A DNA stretch of 64,000 nt. It comes from Acidimicrobiia bacterium. GTDB taxonomy: Bacteria; Actinomycetota; Acidimicrobiia; Spongiisociales; ZC4RG35. The stretch lies in NCBI GenBank assembly GCA_965215185.1, contig OZ244034.1:3040001-3104000 (forward strand), read 5' to 3'. How positions within the stretch are numbered: the first letter of the stretch is position 1; each line of letters starts with the position of its first letter. Position numbers and translations under genes: made by a program. Shown here in pieces: positions 41,390 through 50,998 of the stretch. Below the pieces are notes generated by a model. The model was not told the origin of the DNA, searched no databases, and worked only from the letters and a program-made list of their open reading frames with translations.

Positions 41390-42244
41390 ATGAACCGGGT
41401 TCTGGCTGCGGTCGATCTGAGCCCTCTCGCCAGGCGAGTAGCGGACCGGGCCCGTGTCCTGGCAGAGGCTCACGGTGCCGAACTCAGGCTGGTCCACGTG
41501 TGGGAGCCTCCCGATGTCCCGCTTCCCGACGACCTGCTCGAGCGGGTGTACCTCTACCGGCAGAGCCAGGCCGAGAACCTCCTGGCATGGATCAACTCAC
41601 GGGCCCGGTGCCCCGTGGAGCTGGAGGTCCGCTCGGGGAGTGTGGCGGTGGACCTGACCCGGATGTCCCGACAGGCGGAACTCGTGGTGACCGGGACCTC
41701 ATCGGTCGACCAGACCCGGATCGGTCCCCGGACCACCAGGCTGGCCCGCAAGGTGCACTCCTCGGTGTTGAGCGTACGCCGGAGGTCGTGTGTCCCGTAC
41801 CGGCGGGCGATCGCAGCCGTCGATCTGTCCGACTCGAGCGCCGCGGCGATCGACCTGGCCATCACCCTGGCCACCGGGGCCGACACCATCACCGCCGTGG
41901 CCTCCCTTTCCTCCTACGACGAGATGATCCTCTCCGATGCCGGGGTTTCTCCCGAACAACTCGACCGGGTGCGGCGCGCCCGCCTCTCGATGCTGGAGGA
42001 GCGCCTAGAGAAGTTCGTCGCCGGCTGGGGCGGACTGGTCAGGACCAGGGTCCTCGACGGGCCGGCGGCGGAGACCATAGCCGAGTTCGCACGGCGCCGT
42101 AGTGCGGATCTGGTCGTGGTGTCCAGCCGGGGCGCCGGCAACTCCAGCATGGTGCTGCTGGGCAGCATCGCCGAAGCGACCATGTGGAGCGTCCCCTGCG
42201 ATGTGGCCGTCGCTCGAGTTCCAGGGCGCTTCCGGCGACCCTGA
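41390..42244 (+). CDS. Universal stress protein (two USP domains)
   Basis: VLAAVDLS..A, ADLVVVSSRG, LLGSIAE...PCDV. Confidence 0.88.
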   Translation: MNRVLAAVDLSPLARRVADRARVLAEAHGAELRLVHVWEPPDVPLPDDLLERVYLYRQSQAENLLAWINSRARCPVELEVRSGSVAVDLTRMSRQAELVVTGTSSVDQTRIGPRTTRLARKVHSSVLSVRRRSCVPYRRAIAAVDLSDSSAAAIDLAITLATGADTITAVASLSSYDEMILSDAGVSPEQLDRVRRARLSMLEERLEKFVAGWGGLVRTRVLDGPAAETIAEFARRRSADLVVVSSRGAGNSSMVLLGSIAEATMWSVPCDVAVARVPGRFRRP

Positions 42245-42339
42245 GTCCGTTGTCCGTTGTCCGTCGTCCGTCGCTCTTGATGGTATTCGACTACCGAGAC
42301 AGCGTTTTCTAACGATAGGCTACAGGCGGTAGTCGTTTC

Positions 42340-42550
42340 CCTGGCACCTGGCACCTGGCACCTGGCACCTGGCACCTGGCACCTGGCACCTGGCACCTGG
42401 ACACCTGACACCTGCACCTGACACCTGACACCTGACACCTGACACCTGACACCTGACACCTGACACACCTGACCCCGGCCACCTGCACATCCTGGCACCT
42501 CGGCACCTGACACTGGCACCTGGCACCTGACACTGGCACCTGGCACCTGA
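42340..42550. repeat. Heptamer tandem repeat (CCTGGCA/CCTGACA)n
   Basis: About 30 imperfect units between convergent genes; a short GTCCGTT/GTCCGTC run at about 42246-42272. Confidence 0.95.
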
Positions 42551-43361
42551 TCACGGGCGGACAGCCAGTACCTCGCCGTGCAGGAAGGCCCAGAAGCCGT
42601 CGGGTCGGTCGGTCCAGCGCCGGAAGGCGGCGGATATCTCCCCCAGTTCCGCCCGCGTGGCGTACCCGCCCGTGATGGCGTGGTCTGCGAAGTCGCTGTC
42701 GGTGACCCGCACCGCCCATAGCCCGCCCCAGATCGCTCGTTCTTCGGCGTTCCCGTAGGTGGTGGTGCTGCTGGTGACGGTCGGCTCCAGGAATCCGGCC
42801 TCGGTGATCCACGATAGGAGGAAGCGCCCTGCGTCGGCTTCGCCACGATTGGCGGCCGTTACCTGGTGGTAGAGGCGGCGCCAGCGGTGGATGGCCGGTT
42901 CGGTGGGCGCGTGTGGTGCCGTAGTCGGCGTCCCGCACAGCAACCAGCCCTCCCGGCTTGAGGACTCGGCGTGCCTCTCGCAAGGCCCGGACCGGATCGG
43001 CCAGGTGCTGGAGCACCTGGTGGGCGTAGACCACGTCGAAGGTGCCGTCTTCCCAGGGCAGGTCGTAGGCGGAGCCGACCTCGAAGGTCGCGTTGGTGAT
43101 TCCGTGCCTCGCTACCCGGCTTCGGGCCGCCTCCACCATCTCGGCGGACGTGTCCAGGCCCTTTACCCGACCGGCGTAGCGGGCTAGGCCGGTGGTGATC
43201 GTGCCCGGTCCGGATCCCACGTCGAGCAGTACCGTGTCGGGTCGCAGGCGGGGCAGCAGGAAGGCGGCGCACTCCTCGGCCGTGCGCCGCCGGTAGTACC
43301 CGACGATGGCCTCGTGGTACCCGTGCGTGTATCGCTCTCCGTCAGGCCGTTCCAGCGTCAT
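42551..43361 (-). pseudogene. SAM-dependent methyltransferase, frameshifted near 42915
   Basis: LLDVGSGPG, FDVVYAHQVLQH, LKPGG. After RDADYGT the frame shifts, and the C-terminal part (HAPTEPAIHRW...HGEVLA) lies in ORF 42551-42943. Confidence 0.8.
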
Positions 43362-43431
43362 AGCACTCTCTTGTGTTTAGGATCGATTACAGGCGGAGGC
43401 GGCACGGGTGACCACCCGAGCGCCCTACAAA

Positions 43432-43965
43432 CTACTCGGCAGGGGATGGGCCCTTGCCCTTGAGCCGGGCCAGGTCGGCAAAGAACTTGGGCAGGAGCAC
43501 GCGCGGGACACGGTGACCATGGACGATGGCCGCCACCGCTATCGCCGCCAACACCAGGACCAGTCCGCTTGTATCCTCGACGGACAGGATCTGGAGGAAC
43601 CAGCCGTACGCCATCCCCTGCAGCAGCATCCCGGATGCGGCGCTCCGGGCGAATACGAGCAGCCCTCCGAGGACCAGCGCCGGTATCAGCCAGGCCACGG
43701 GCGCGTAGCCGCCCATCACCAACCCCACCATCAGACCGGCGCCGACCATGCCGTCGATGGTCGCGTCCCATGGACCGAGCCTGGTCATTCCCGGCGCCCG
43801 CCGCGCCAGGATCCCGTCCATCGTGTCGGTGGTCCAGCCACTCACGAGGATCACCGCGCCCAGCAGCAACCGGTCGCCGGCTATCACCAGGGCGAGCAAG
43901 ACCGCCAAGGCCAGCCGTGCCAGCGTCAGCGTGTCCGCGGCCCGGGCAACTGCGACCGTAACCAT
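43432..43965 (-). CDS. CDP-alcohol phosphatidyltransferase family protein
   Basis: DxxDGxxAR...G...D...D motif (TDTMDGILARR..TRLGPWDATID). Confidence 0.85.
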   Translation of the reverse strand: MVTVAVARAADTLTLARLALAVLLALVIAGDRLLLGAVILVSGWTTDTMDGILARRAPGMTRLGPWDATIDGMVGAGLMVGLVMGGYAPVAWLIPALVLGGLLVFARSAASGMLLQGMAYGWFLQILSVEDTSGLVLVLAAIAVAAIVHGHRVPRVLLPKFFADLARLKGKGPSPAE

Positions 43966-44043
43966 CGTATGTCTCCGGAGAGGTATCGCTTCTTGTCGGT
44001 TCAAGTATCCTAGAGGCGATCCGATCGGTGTATGGTCGGTCCG

Positions 44044-44117
44044 GGGCCCGTAGCTCAAGTGGTCAGAGCAGCGGACTCATAATCCGTTGGTTGCAGGTTC
44101 GAGTCCTGCCGGGCCCA
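44044..44117 (+). tRNA. tRNA with CAT anticodon, most likely tRNA-Ile2 (lysidine)
   Basis: Acceptor stem GGGCCCG/CGGGCCC, anticodon arm GCGGA-CTCATAA-TCCGT, T-loop GTTCGAGTC. Resembles Ile2 rather than fMet (no GGG/CCC anticodon stem). Confidence 0.92.
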
Positions 44118-44331
44118 CAGCGGGGTCTTCGCGTGTTGGGCCTGTGTTAGTTCGCGGGTTAGGGGTGTTGGTGGGGGTTCTGGCCTGTTTTCGGGGTGTT
44201 CGGGTGTGTTTGGCCGGTGTTCGGGGGTGTGTGGCGGTGGTTGCGGGTGGTGTTGGCCGCGACGGCCGGTTCTGGACGCGTTTGGTTTGACGGGTGGGGT
44301 TCCCGTCAGCGGGGAGCGGTAGGGGGTTGGT

Positions 44332-46122
44332 TTATGGGGGTGCTCGGGTGGGTGTGAGCTGGCCTGGGCGTTGGGTTGGTGCGTCTGGTGGGGTGGTGTC
44401 GGGGTTCGTCTGTTCGGCGTGGTCCGCTGTGGCATGGTTGCGGTTCTTGGGGCGGCGGGTTCTTCCGGTTTGTTCGAGGTTGTGGATGACGGCTGCCATG
44501 AGCGCGGCGAGTGTGTGGGGAGCGAGACCGAACGCGCGGCAGGAGTCCTTCTCTAGGCTGCCGTCGTCTTTGATCATGCCGTTGACGCCTTCGACGGGGT
44601 TGCGTCCGGCGTAGTCGGTTGCCCACTTCGTGGTGCCGTAGGCGTTGCGCTGGTGGTTGTCGAGTTCGTCGACACCGAGGGTGATCATCCCGTCGCAGCA
44701 GGTTTCCCTGTCGGCGACGGCGGTGACGGGCAGGGGGGTGCGGCGTTTGCGGCGGTTGGCCCGTTCGGATTTGCGGGTTTTGGCTGTGCTTCTGACTTTG
44801 CCTGCGCATTGGGGGCAGATGATCTTCTTCCGCCCGTCGGGGAAGCGTCCGATGACTACCCATGCGTATTTGGCTCGTTCGTCGAACCATTCTTGGCGGT
44901 CGGTTCCGGTCAGCCCGTCGGATGGGCTGAGTAGGTGTTCTGGTGTCCATTCGACGAGAGGGGTGCCACAGTTCACATAGATGGGGGTGTTGTTTCTGCC
45001 TGCGGTGATGAGCTTGACGCCTCCCTGTTTGTCTTTGGCCTGGTTCATTACGATCTCCCAGCCGTGTTCATGTAGGGGCCGGACGAAGGTCGTTTTCTTG
45101 GCGGTGTAGTGCTGGTCGGCTTTCACGACTTCGACGCGGGGTGCTAGCTGCTTCGCTTTGGTGGCTACCTGATATCCGATGGGTCCGACGTGTTGGTCGG
45201 CGGCTGCGAGGACCATCGAGACAATGTACGGGGAGACAGGCTCCTGCCGTTTGCCCCGGATGGAGGCGCGTACTGCAACGGCTAGATGAGCGAAGTAGCC
45301 GTTGAACCCCCCGGCTGGGTGTTTCGACGTTGCGCTGCGGCGGCCGGAGCCGTCTTCGACGTCCTTGGTGTGTTGGATCTTGCCGTTGAGCTTGAAGATC
45401 GTTTCAGGGGGTATGCGGCCGGCGTCGATCTCTGACTGGCGTGTGAAGTCGGTGGTGCGTGCCCAGGTTTGGTAGTCGGTGCCGTCGAGGGCGATCTCGG
45501 AGACCTTGCTAGCGACCCATTTGGGAATCGACGGCCCGAGGAAGCGGTCGACCATCCATTGCAGATCGATGCGGGTCCCGTCGGCTGTTTCCGCTCCGTC
45601 GCGGAGGAAGCGTTCGATGCGGTGGGCCTGACGCCAGACGAGGTTGTAGGACACGAGCGAGTCGCCACTGTCGGGATCCAGCAGACCCCATTCCACCGCG
45701 ACTGCAGCGTCGAGACCCGAGACAACCTCGCACAACGTAGTCCGCTTGTAGCTGCCTTGGTGCCGAGCGGCGAGGAGCATGACCGTAAGGATCATCCGGG
45801 TAGAGAGCACGGGCTGTTCCCCCGGATGGGCACGCAGGACCTCGTCTATGCGCTTGCAGACTCCGGTGTTGCCCACGTACTGATACATGCGCCGGGCGCT
45901 GAAGGCGGCAGTGAGTATCGGTCCCCGGCGGCGGATTCCCTCCTCGGCGGTATCCCCCCAGATGTGGTCACCCGACCGACCTGTTTCGTGGTCGTCGGCG
46001 CTGGGATGGTCTCTGGGTAGTCTCCTCTGAGCGTTCAGCTCGTACAGCCGGGCCGGTTCCGGGATGCCCTTCTTGGCGTACCGGTCGCGGCAGCGGCGGG
46101 CAGCCCGGGCCGTGCTGCTCAC
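44332..46122 (-). CDS. DDE transposase-like protein (IS4-superfamily YREK motif, putative Zn finger)
   Basis: IALDGTD, KADQHY, YAGRNPVEGVNGMIK (Y-2-R-3-E-6-K), CPQC...CC; three paralogs in the window. Confidence 0.8.
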   Translation of the reverse strand: MSSTARAARRCRDRYAKKGIPEPARLYELNAQRRLPRDHPSADDHETGRSGDHIWGDTAEEGIRRRGPILTAAFSARRMYQYVGNTGVCKRIDEVLRAHPGEQPVLSTRMILTVMLLAARHQGSYKRTTLCEVVSGLDAAVAVEWGLLDPDSGDSLVSYNLVWRQAHRIERFLRDGAETADGTRIDLQWMVDRFLGPSIPKWVASKVSEIALDGTDYQTWARTTDFTRQSEIDAGRIPPETIFKLNGKIQHTKDVEDGSGRRSATSKHPAGGFNGYFAHLAVAVRASIRGKRQEPVSPYIVSMVLAAADQHVGPIGYQVATKAKQLAPRVEVVKADQHYTAKKTTFVRPLHEHGWEIVMNQAKDKQGGVKLITAGRNNTPIYVNCGTPLVEWTPEHLLSPSDGLTGTDRQEWFDERAKYAWVVIGRFPDGRKKIICPQCAGKVRSTAKTRKSERANRRKRRTPLPVTAVADRETCCDGMITLGVDELDNHQRNAYGTTKWATDYAGRNPVEGVNGMIKDDGSLEKDSCRAFGLAPHTLAALMAAVIHNLEQTGRTRRPKNRNHATADHAEQTNPDTTPPDAPTQRPGQLTPTRAPP

Positions 46123-47072
46123 GCTCTCAACCCTTCGAGGGCGGCTTCTACCGGATCGAGGTCAGCGGCCGCAGCTGCCAGCAGCGCGGTGAGGGTGTCA
46201 CCCGACAACGGACCGGCGATCCGGCGCAGCGCCGACAGGGAAGTACCCGCGTGTAGGTGGGCGACCAGCCATGTGGAACGGGCACGCCGCACCGAAAGGG
46301 TACGGCCACTGATCCCAACCTGCCGACACAACATGTACACAGCGGTGCGATGCGTCGCCGAAACGAACCGTTCGCCGTCGGCCAGCTCCACAGCTTCGCG
46401 TACGAGGGATGTGTAATCGTGGCGTATCGGCACCATGCGCGGATGCGTGCCCCCGACCCGTATACCGAGCCGGTCGTTTCCGAGGTTGACCAGATCGCCG
46501 GTCTCGGCTGCTGCGACCGCCGGACTGAGCAGACCCGCCCCGAGAGTGGCAGCGACCACCCAGCGACGGCCCGCGGGCTCCACCCGGGCCGGCAAACGTG
46601 CCGACAGCCGGAACACTGCCTCATCTCCCGGCGTATACGGGCTCGACGGGGGTATGCGCCCGATCGGTTCCCCAACAGGGGCCTCGACCCAGCCGTCCGG
46701 GAACACAGCCCGCCCCACCCGGCGTAGAATCCACCTGGTGTGGCGCCGCCACACCACACTCTTATGAGCGTTCGCTTCGAACGCCCAGTACTCCACGTTG
46801 GCGGGACACAACATCCGGACATCCACCGTGGCAGACACCCCGAATGTCCAGGCAGCGAACTGCGACGTAACGCGAAGCATCTCGCGGACCATCGAAACGG
46901 TATCCGGGTGAGCAGCCGCAACCCAGCAACGTACCGTCGGCCATACCAGCGTTTCGAGGTCTCCGCTGTCATCCGGATAGGTGTCCCAAACCGGTGGGCG
47001 CCACAACGACAGCCTCGCCAGCACGTCAGGAACCAGATCGGCAGATAGCGGAGCCCGGGTGAAGCAGGTCAC
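46119..47072 (-). CDS. Tyrosine-recombinase-like protein lacking catalytic residues
   Basis: LGAGLLSPA (box I, Arg replaced by Leu); RRARSTWLVAHLHAGTSLSALRRIAGP..DTLTALL (box II-like, no His or Tyr); overlaps the transposase start by 4 bp. Confidence 0.7.
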   Translation of the reverse strand: MTCFTRAPLSADLVPDVLARLSLWRPPVWDTYPDDSGDLETLVWPTVRCWVAAAHPDTVSMVREMLRVTSQFAAWTFGVSATVDVRMLCPANVEYWAFEANAHKSVVWRRHTRWILRRVGRAVFPDGWVEAPVGEPIGRIPPSSPYTPGDEAVFRLSARLPARVEPAGRRWVVAATLGAGLLSPAVAAAETGDLVNLGNDRLGIRVGGTHPRMVPIRHDYTSLVREAVELADGERFVSATHRTAVYMLCRQVGISGRTLSVRRARSTWLVAHLHAGTSLSALRRIAGPLSGDTLTALLAAAAADLDPVEAALEGLRA

Positions 47073-47419
47073 AGCCGCGACCTTGACCGTGGGGAGGCGG
47101 TCTGCCGCAGCCAGGGCAGCCGCATCACGGCCTCGTGTTGTATACTATACTGCACAAGAAGCCCCCCAGTGGGTGTAAGGCCCGCGGTGCTCAGAGTTTT
47201 GTCAGAACCGTTTGAGCACCGTGGGCTCTTCTGTTTTCGGCGCCCAGTGTAGCCGATTGGCCGTCCGTGGGCAAAGGATCGGCACGCTCGAAACGGTCGA
47301 TAACCTGGCGTTTAGGTACTCATGTGCTCGCCAAGAGAGACTCCGTGGCAGGGCACCCAGAACCCGCTTCGAACGATCGCTGATCAGGCGCGATGCACTT
47401 CGCCAAGAGACTTCTGTAG

Positions 47420-47572
47420 GACGGTATCAGGATCACGATCCCACTACGGCGCCCTGTAAAAGCACGCAAGGCCCTTCGCATGGCAGATCACGAAATAGCA
47501 GCCGCTGAACGGATCGTGGACGACAACTTTGATGAGATGCTGGAAGGGTGGTATGACCATTTTCAACGATGA
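47420..47572 (+). pseudogene. Possible DUF4160-like C-terminal remnant
   Basis: ...EIAAAERIVDDNFDEMLEGWYDHFQR* overlaps the DUF2442 gene start; in-frame stop upstream at 47417. Confidence 0.35.
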
Positions 47573-48149
47573 TCTGGCAGTCGCCCAGTTAGAAGTCACC
47601 GACAGCGCGATACGTGTCTGGCTGAACGACGGCAGAACGCTGACTGTTCCCGTTGGATGGTTCCCCGACCTAGAATCCACCGACCCCTTACAGTGGGGTC
47701 GGTGGATTCCGACAGGTTCGGGGGTTCGCTGGCCGGATCTCGGCGTGGAAACCAAGTTGGGGGATTTGCTGGCGGATAGCCCACTCCAGCATCCCGAAGG
47801 GATCGACCATGCCCGTCTAGCCAACGTGGACGTGACCAACCGTAGTCTCTGCGTCTGGTTAAACGATGGCAGAACGCTGACTGTCCCGCTCTGGTGGTTT
47901 CCCCGCCTATGCGACGGCACACCCGAAGAACGGAACGGGTGGCATATCAGAGACGGCGGAACCGATATCGTTTGGAAAGATCTGGACGAAGTGTATTACC
48001 TAGAAGATCTGTTAGCTGGGGGCTGGTCGCGGGAATCAGCTCGGTCGCTGGGTCGGTGGCTGCTCGCCCGCAGAGAAGGCCGACCCGTCGCCGCCTACCA
48101 GATTTCCAAGTTCCATAAGAGTATGCCCCAGCCAGAACCGTTGACCTAA
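47553..48149 (+). CDS. Tandem DUF2442-domain protein (putative antitoxin-like)
   Basis: Two copies of VWLNDGRTLTVP..WFP.L ...W.DL. Confidence 0.75.
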   Translation: MTIFNDDLAVAQLEVTDSAIRVWLNDGRTLTVPVGWFPDLESTDPLQWGRWIPTGSGVRWPDLGVETKLGDLLADSPLQHPEGIDHARLANVDVTNRSLCVWLNDGRTLTVPLWWFPRLCDGTPEERNGWHIRDGGTDIVWKDLDEVYYLEDLLAGGWSRESARSLGRWLLARREGRPVAAYQISKFHKSMPQPEPLT

Positions 48150-48280
48150 CGGGAGAATACTCATCGCTACGCCGCCCACCACCATCAGGTGGACCGACTC
48201 TGGTGGGGCTGCGAACAGGTTGCGGCTAGGCGACGTGAGAAGCCTGTCTAACTGCTTATCTAGTTCAGGGAACAGAACCC

Positions 48281-48763
48281 TTAGCAGGGTACGCTGATCG
48301 AAGGTTTGTGACAACGGGCCGCTCTTTTAAGAGTTCTGTGCTTCTCTGGCGGCGTGCGCTGCGCGGAGCCGGGCGAACACATCCTTTTTATATTCCAGCA
48401 TGTCGGCTTCGTAGTAGACGCCGTGTTTAGCGCAGGCGGGCGGCGCAAGCGCCCGACGGGGATCCACGCGGGAATCACCGCCATCATCTCCCGTGCCCGA
48501 ACAGCGGCAGTCGCGTAATCATGCTTTCCGATAGCGTTCTGCATCTCGGACATGGACCCGAAGTACGCGTCCGTCGCGGCTGTCGGGGGTTCCCTGAACG
48601 CACCGCCAGAACCGAGATCGGACTCCGACGCCGCCTGAAGGGTGGCCGCGTCCTTCTGTAGCAACGCGCCGAGCTTCGTGGAATCACTAGTACTCATACA
48701 CGACGTCCAGTCGACGAGGCGGGTTCCAGCCATATGACCCTCCCCGCTGGTATCTCCTTCCAC
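48281..48763 (-). CDS. Hypothetical protein (cargo)
   Basis: ORF only; may be a fragment. Confidence 0.35.
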   Translation of the reverse strand: MEGDTSGEGHMAGTRLVDWTSCMSTSDSTKLGALLQKDAATLQAASESDLGSGGAFREPPTAATDAYFGSMSEMQNAIGKHDYATAAVRAREMMAVIPAWIPVGRLRRPPALNTASTTKPTCWNIKRMCSPGSAQRTPPEKHRTLKRAARCHKPSISVPC

Positions 48764-49705
48764 GGCCCGACGTCAGAAGCGCTTGCCTTCGTATCGCACG
48801 GCCCCCCACCTGGACAACATCGCCATCTGACCTCCGGCCACCTACTTCGATCACTTCTACCTCCCCTGCTCAGCGGCAGCCGTGACGCTTCCGCCGCCGC
48901 TCCATGCCCATCTGGCAATTGATACCAACTGGGCCGCTGGCGATCAGCAACTAACCGTACCGGGCTAGCCGCGGGATGCGGGCAGGGCTCCCGCCTAGGC
49001 CGCCGGGGGGTCAATGTCAGCTCCACGTATGAAGGTGCCTTACGCGGACCGGGACGGCGTACTGGTTCACGCGTCGCAGGTGGAGCGGGGTTGGGCGTGC
49101 GGATGCGTCTGTGTCGGGCACCAAGACCAGACCTCATTTCGCTCATCACGCTGGTGCGGGGGATTGTGACGGGAGTGTGGAACCCGTCTGGTAGCTAGAA
49201 GGGCGTTGGCCGCTGTCTCGGCGACTGAGAAGAGGAGACAGACTCCCGGGACCCCTACCATTACCCCTGGTCAGGGGTGGTCGCGAAGACCCCACAGAGG
49301 GGTCTTCGCGTGTTATGGGCTGTTGAGTTCGCGGGTTAGGTGGTTTGGTCGGGTTCTTGGGTGGTTTCGGGGGTCTTAGAGCCGGTTTCGGCGGTGTTCG
49401 TGGTGGTTGTGGCGCCGGTTATGGGTGCTGGTGGTTTTGGTGGCTGGTTCTGGACGCGTCTGGTTCGACGGGTGCGTTCCCGTCAAGGATGAGCGGTAGG
49501 GGGTTGGTTTATGGGGGTGCGCGGGTGGGTGTGGACTGGCCTGGGCGTTGGGTTGGTGAGGCTGCGGTGGTGTCGGGGGTTGCCTGGTCGGCGCGGCCTG
49601 GGGTGCTTGGGTTGTCCTTCTCGGGGCTCCGGGTTCGTCGGGTTTGTTTGAGGTTGTGGATGACGGCGGCGGCGAGTGTGTGGCTGTTACCGCCCTAGAG
49701 TCGGG

Positions 49706-49996
49706 TCATCGGAGCATCCGGTCAACGTCCCTGCGAATCTCCGCTACGTAGGCATCGTCCGCGAGGCGGCTCTTGGCAATTTCCATTATCTGTATTGGCC
49801 TGCGGCGCGCGTTCTGCTGATGGCGCATCTTCTTATCTCCGGTGATCACCAACGCGAACCCGTCATCGACGGCTTTGTCCAACATCGCCCCGTTGGACAA
49901 ACCCTTCCAACCCATGTAGTCGACCGTATAGGTTTCGTAGTCAGGGAACAGGTGACGCAGGCGAATATCCAGGTCTTCGTCTATCAGGATCTTCAC
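49706..49996 (-). CDS. PIN-like toxin (DUF5615/VapC45-like)
   Basis: MKILIDEDL...GWKGLSNG..L..A...F..VITGDK...QQN. Confidence 0.8.
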   Translation of the reverse strand: MKILIDEDLDIRLRHLFPDYETYTVDYMGWKGLSNGAMLDKAVDDGFALVITGDKKMRHQQNARRRPIQIMEIAKSRLADDAYVAEIRRDVDRMLR

Positions 49997-50001
49997 AGGG
50001 A

Positions 50002-50589
50002 TTATCCCAGCGGTCCCTGGTAGCCCTGATCCGCGGCGTGGCGCAACACCGCTTCGACGTGTTCGTAGTCCACGTCGTATGTGTCGCTGAACTCGCGGGC
50101 TGTTCTCCCTGCCTTCAGGAAGTCGAACAACGCTTCGACGGGGTGCCAGGTGCCCGCGAACGTGGGCTCCGGCGGGGGTGTGAACCCCACGAAGTGGACG
50201 CCTGGCACGTCGGTCACGCAGGTGAGTTCCACGAAGGGGCAGCCTGTCAGATCGACCGTGCCCACCGGCGGGTCGCTGGTCATGTAGTCGTAGACAGCCC
50301 TGACAGGTTCCGTATCTATCAGGTGAGCGTCAGGGAAGGTGTCCAGGGTGCCGCCGCCTGTGGTCAGCCAGTCGACCAGGGTGTCCGCTGGGATACGACG
50401 CCCGATAAAGGTTGCCTGACCGCCTTTCCGTCCGGGAACGTATTCGAGGGCCGCACAGCCCCGCCAGTCAACCATCCGGAGAACCATCGGGTCGTCGTGA
50501 CGCTCCGCCCACGAACCAGCAGGAAGCTCAGACGGTGTGTCTTCGGCTGCTCCACTCGTGGTGCCCGAATGTAGCAATGTGTCGCTCAT
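50002..50589 (-). CDS. DUF433-domain antitoxin-like protein (two domains)
   Basis: PGRKGGQATFIGRRIP and FAGTWHPVEALFDFLKAG...EF; directly upstream of the PIN gene. Confidence 0.75.
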   Translation of the reverse strand: MSDTLLHSGTTSGAAEDTPSELPAGSWAERHDDPMVLRMVDWRGCAALEYVPGRKGGQATFIGRRIPADTLVDWLTTGGGTLDTFPDAHLIDTEPVRAVYDYMTSDPPVGTVDLTGCPFVELTCVTDVPGVHFVGFTPPPEPTFAGTWHPVEALFDFLKAGRTAREFSDTYDVDYEHVEAVLRHAADQGYQGPLG

Positions 50590-50998
50590 TAGCGTGCCCG
50601 ACCTACTGTGGTTATCCGATAGAGAGTGTCTAGGCACATTCTACCCGAGAGGACGCTGCTGTGTAGCGTTCCTGCCCGTTCGATTCTCAGTTGGCGAGAG
50701 GAGGTGACAGATTCCGGCTGAGGAGGAGACAGACCCGCAGGACCCCTACCATCACCCCTGGTCAGGGGTGGTCGCGAAGACCCCACAGCGGGGTATTCGC
50801 GTGTTGGTGGGTGTTGGGTTCGCGGGTTAGGGGGCGAAGTCGGGGTTTTGGCTGGTTTTGGGGGTTTTGGGGGTCTGGTGGGGTGTGTGCGGTGCTGTGG
50901 GGTGCCGGTTATGGGTGTTGGTGGTGTTGGCGGCTGGTTTTGGACGCGTTTGGTTCGACGGGTGGGTTCCCGTCGGTGTGGGATGGGTCGGGGTTGGT

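Larger units (their letters stand above)
44122..49293. mobile_element. tRNA-targeted transposon, copy E1 (5172 bp, intact core genes)
   Basis: TIRs GGGGTCTTCGCG / CGCGAAGACCCC; flanked by ACAGC (44117-21) and ACAGA (49294-98). Confidence 0.85.
49299..50784. mobile_element. Copy E2 (1486 bp), non-autonomous, carries a TA pair
   Basis: Same TIRs; flanked by ACAGA and ACAGC; keeps only the transposase 3' tail (to about 49683). Confidence 0.85.

Noticed and set aside
41914-43361. ORFs with VSGVRCQ/VPGARCQ peptide repeats
   Set aside because: These are read-through translations of the heptamer DNA repeat, not credible proteins.
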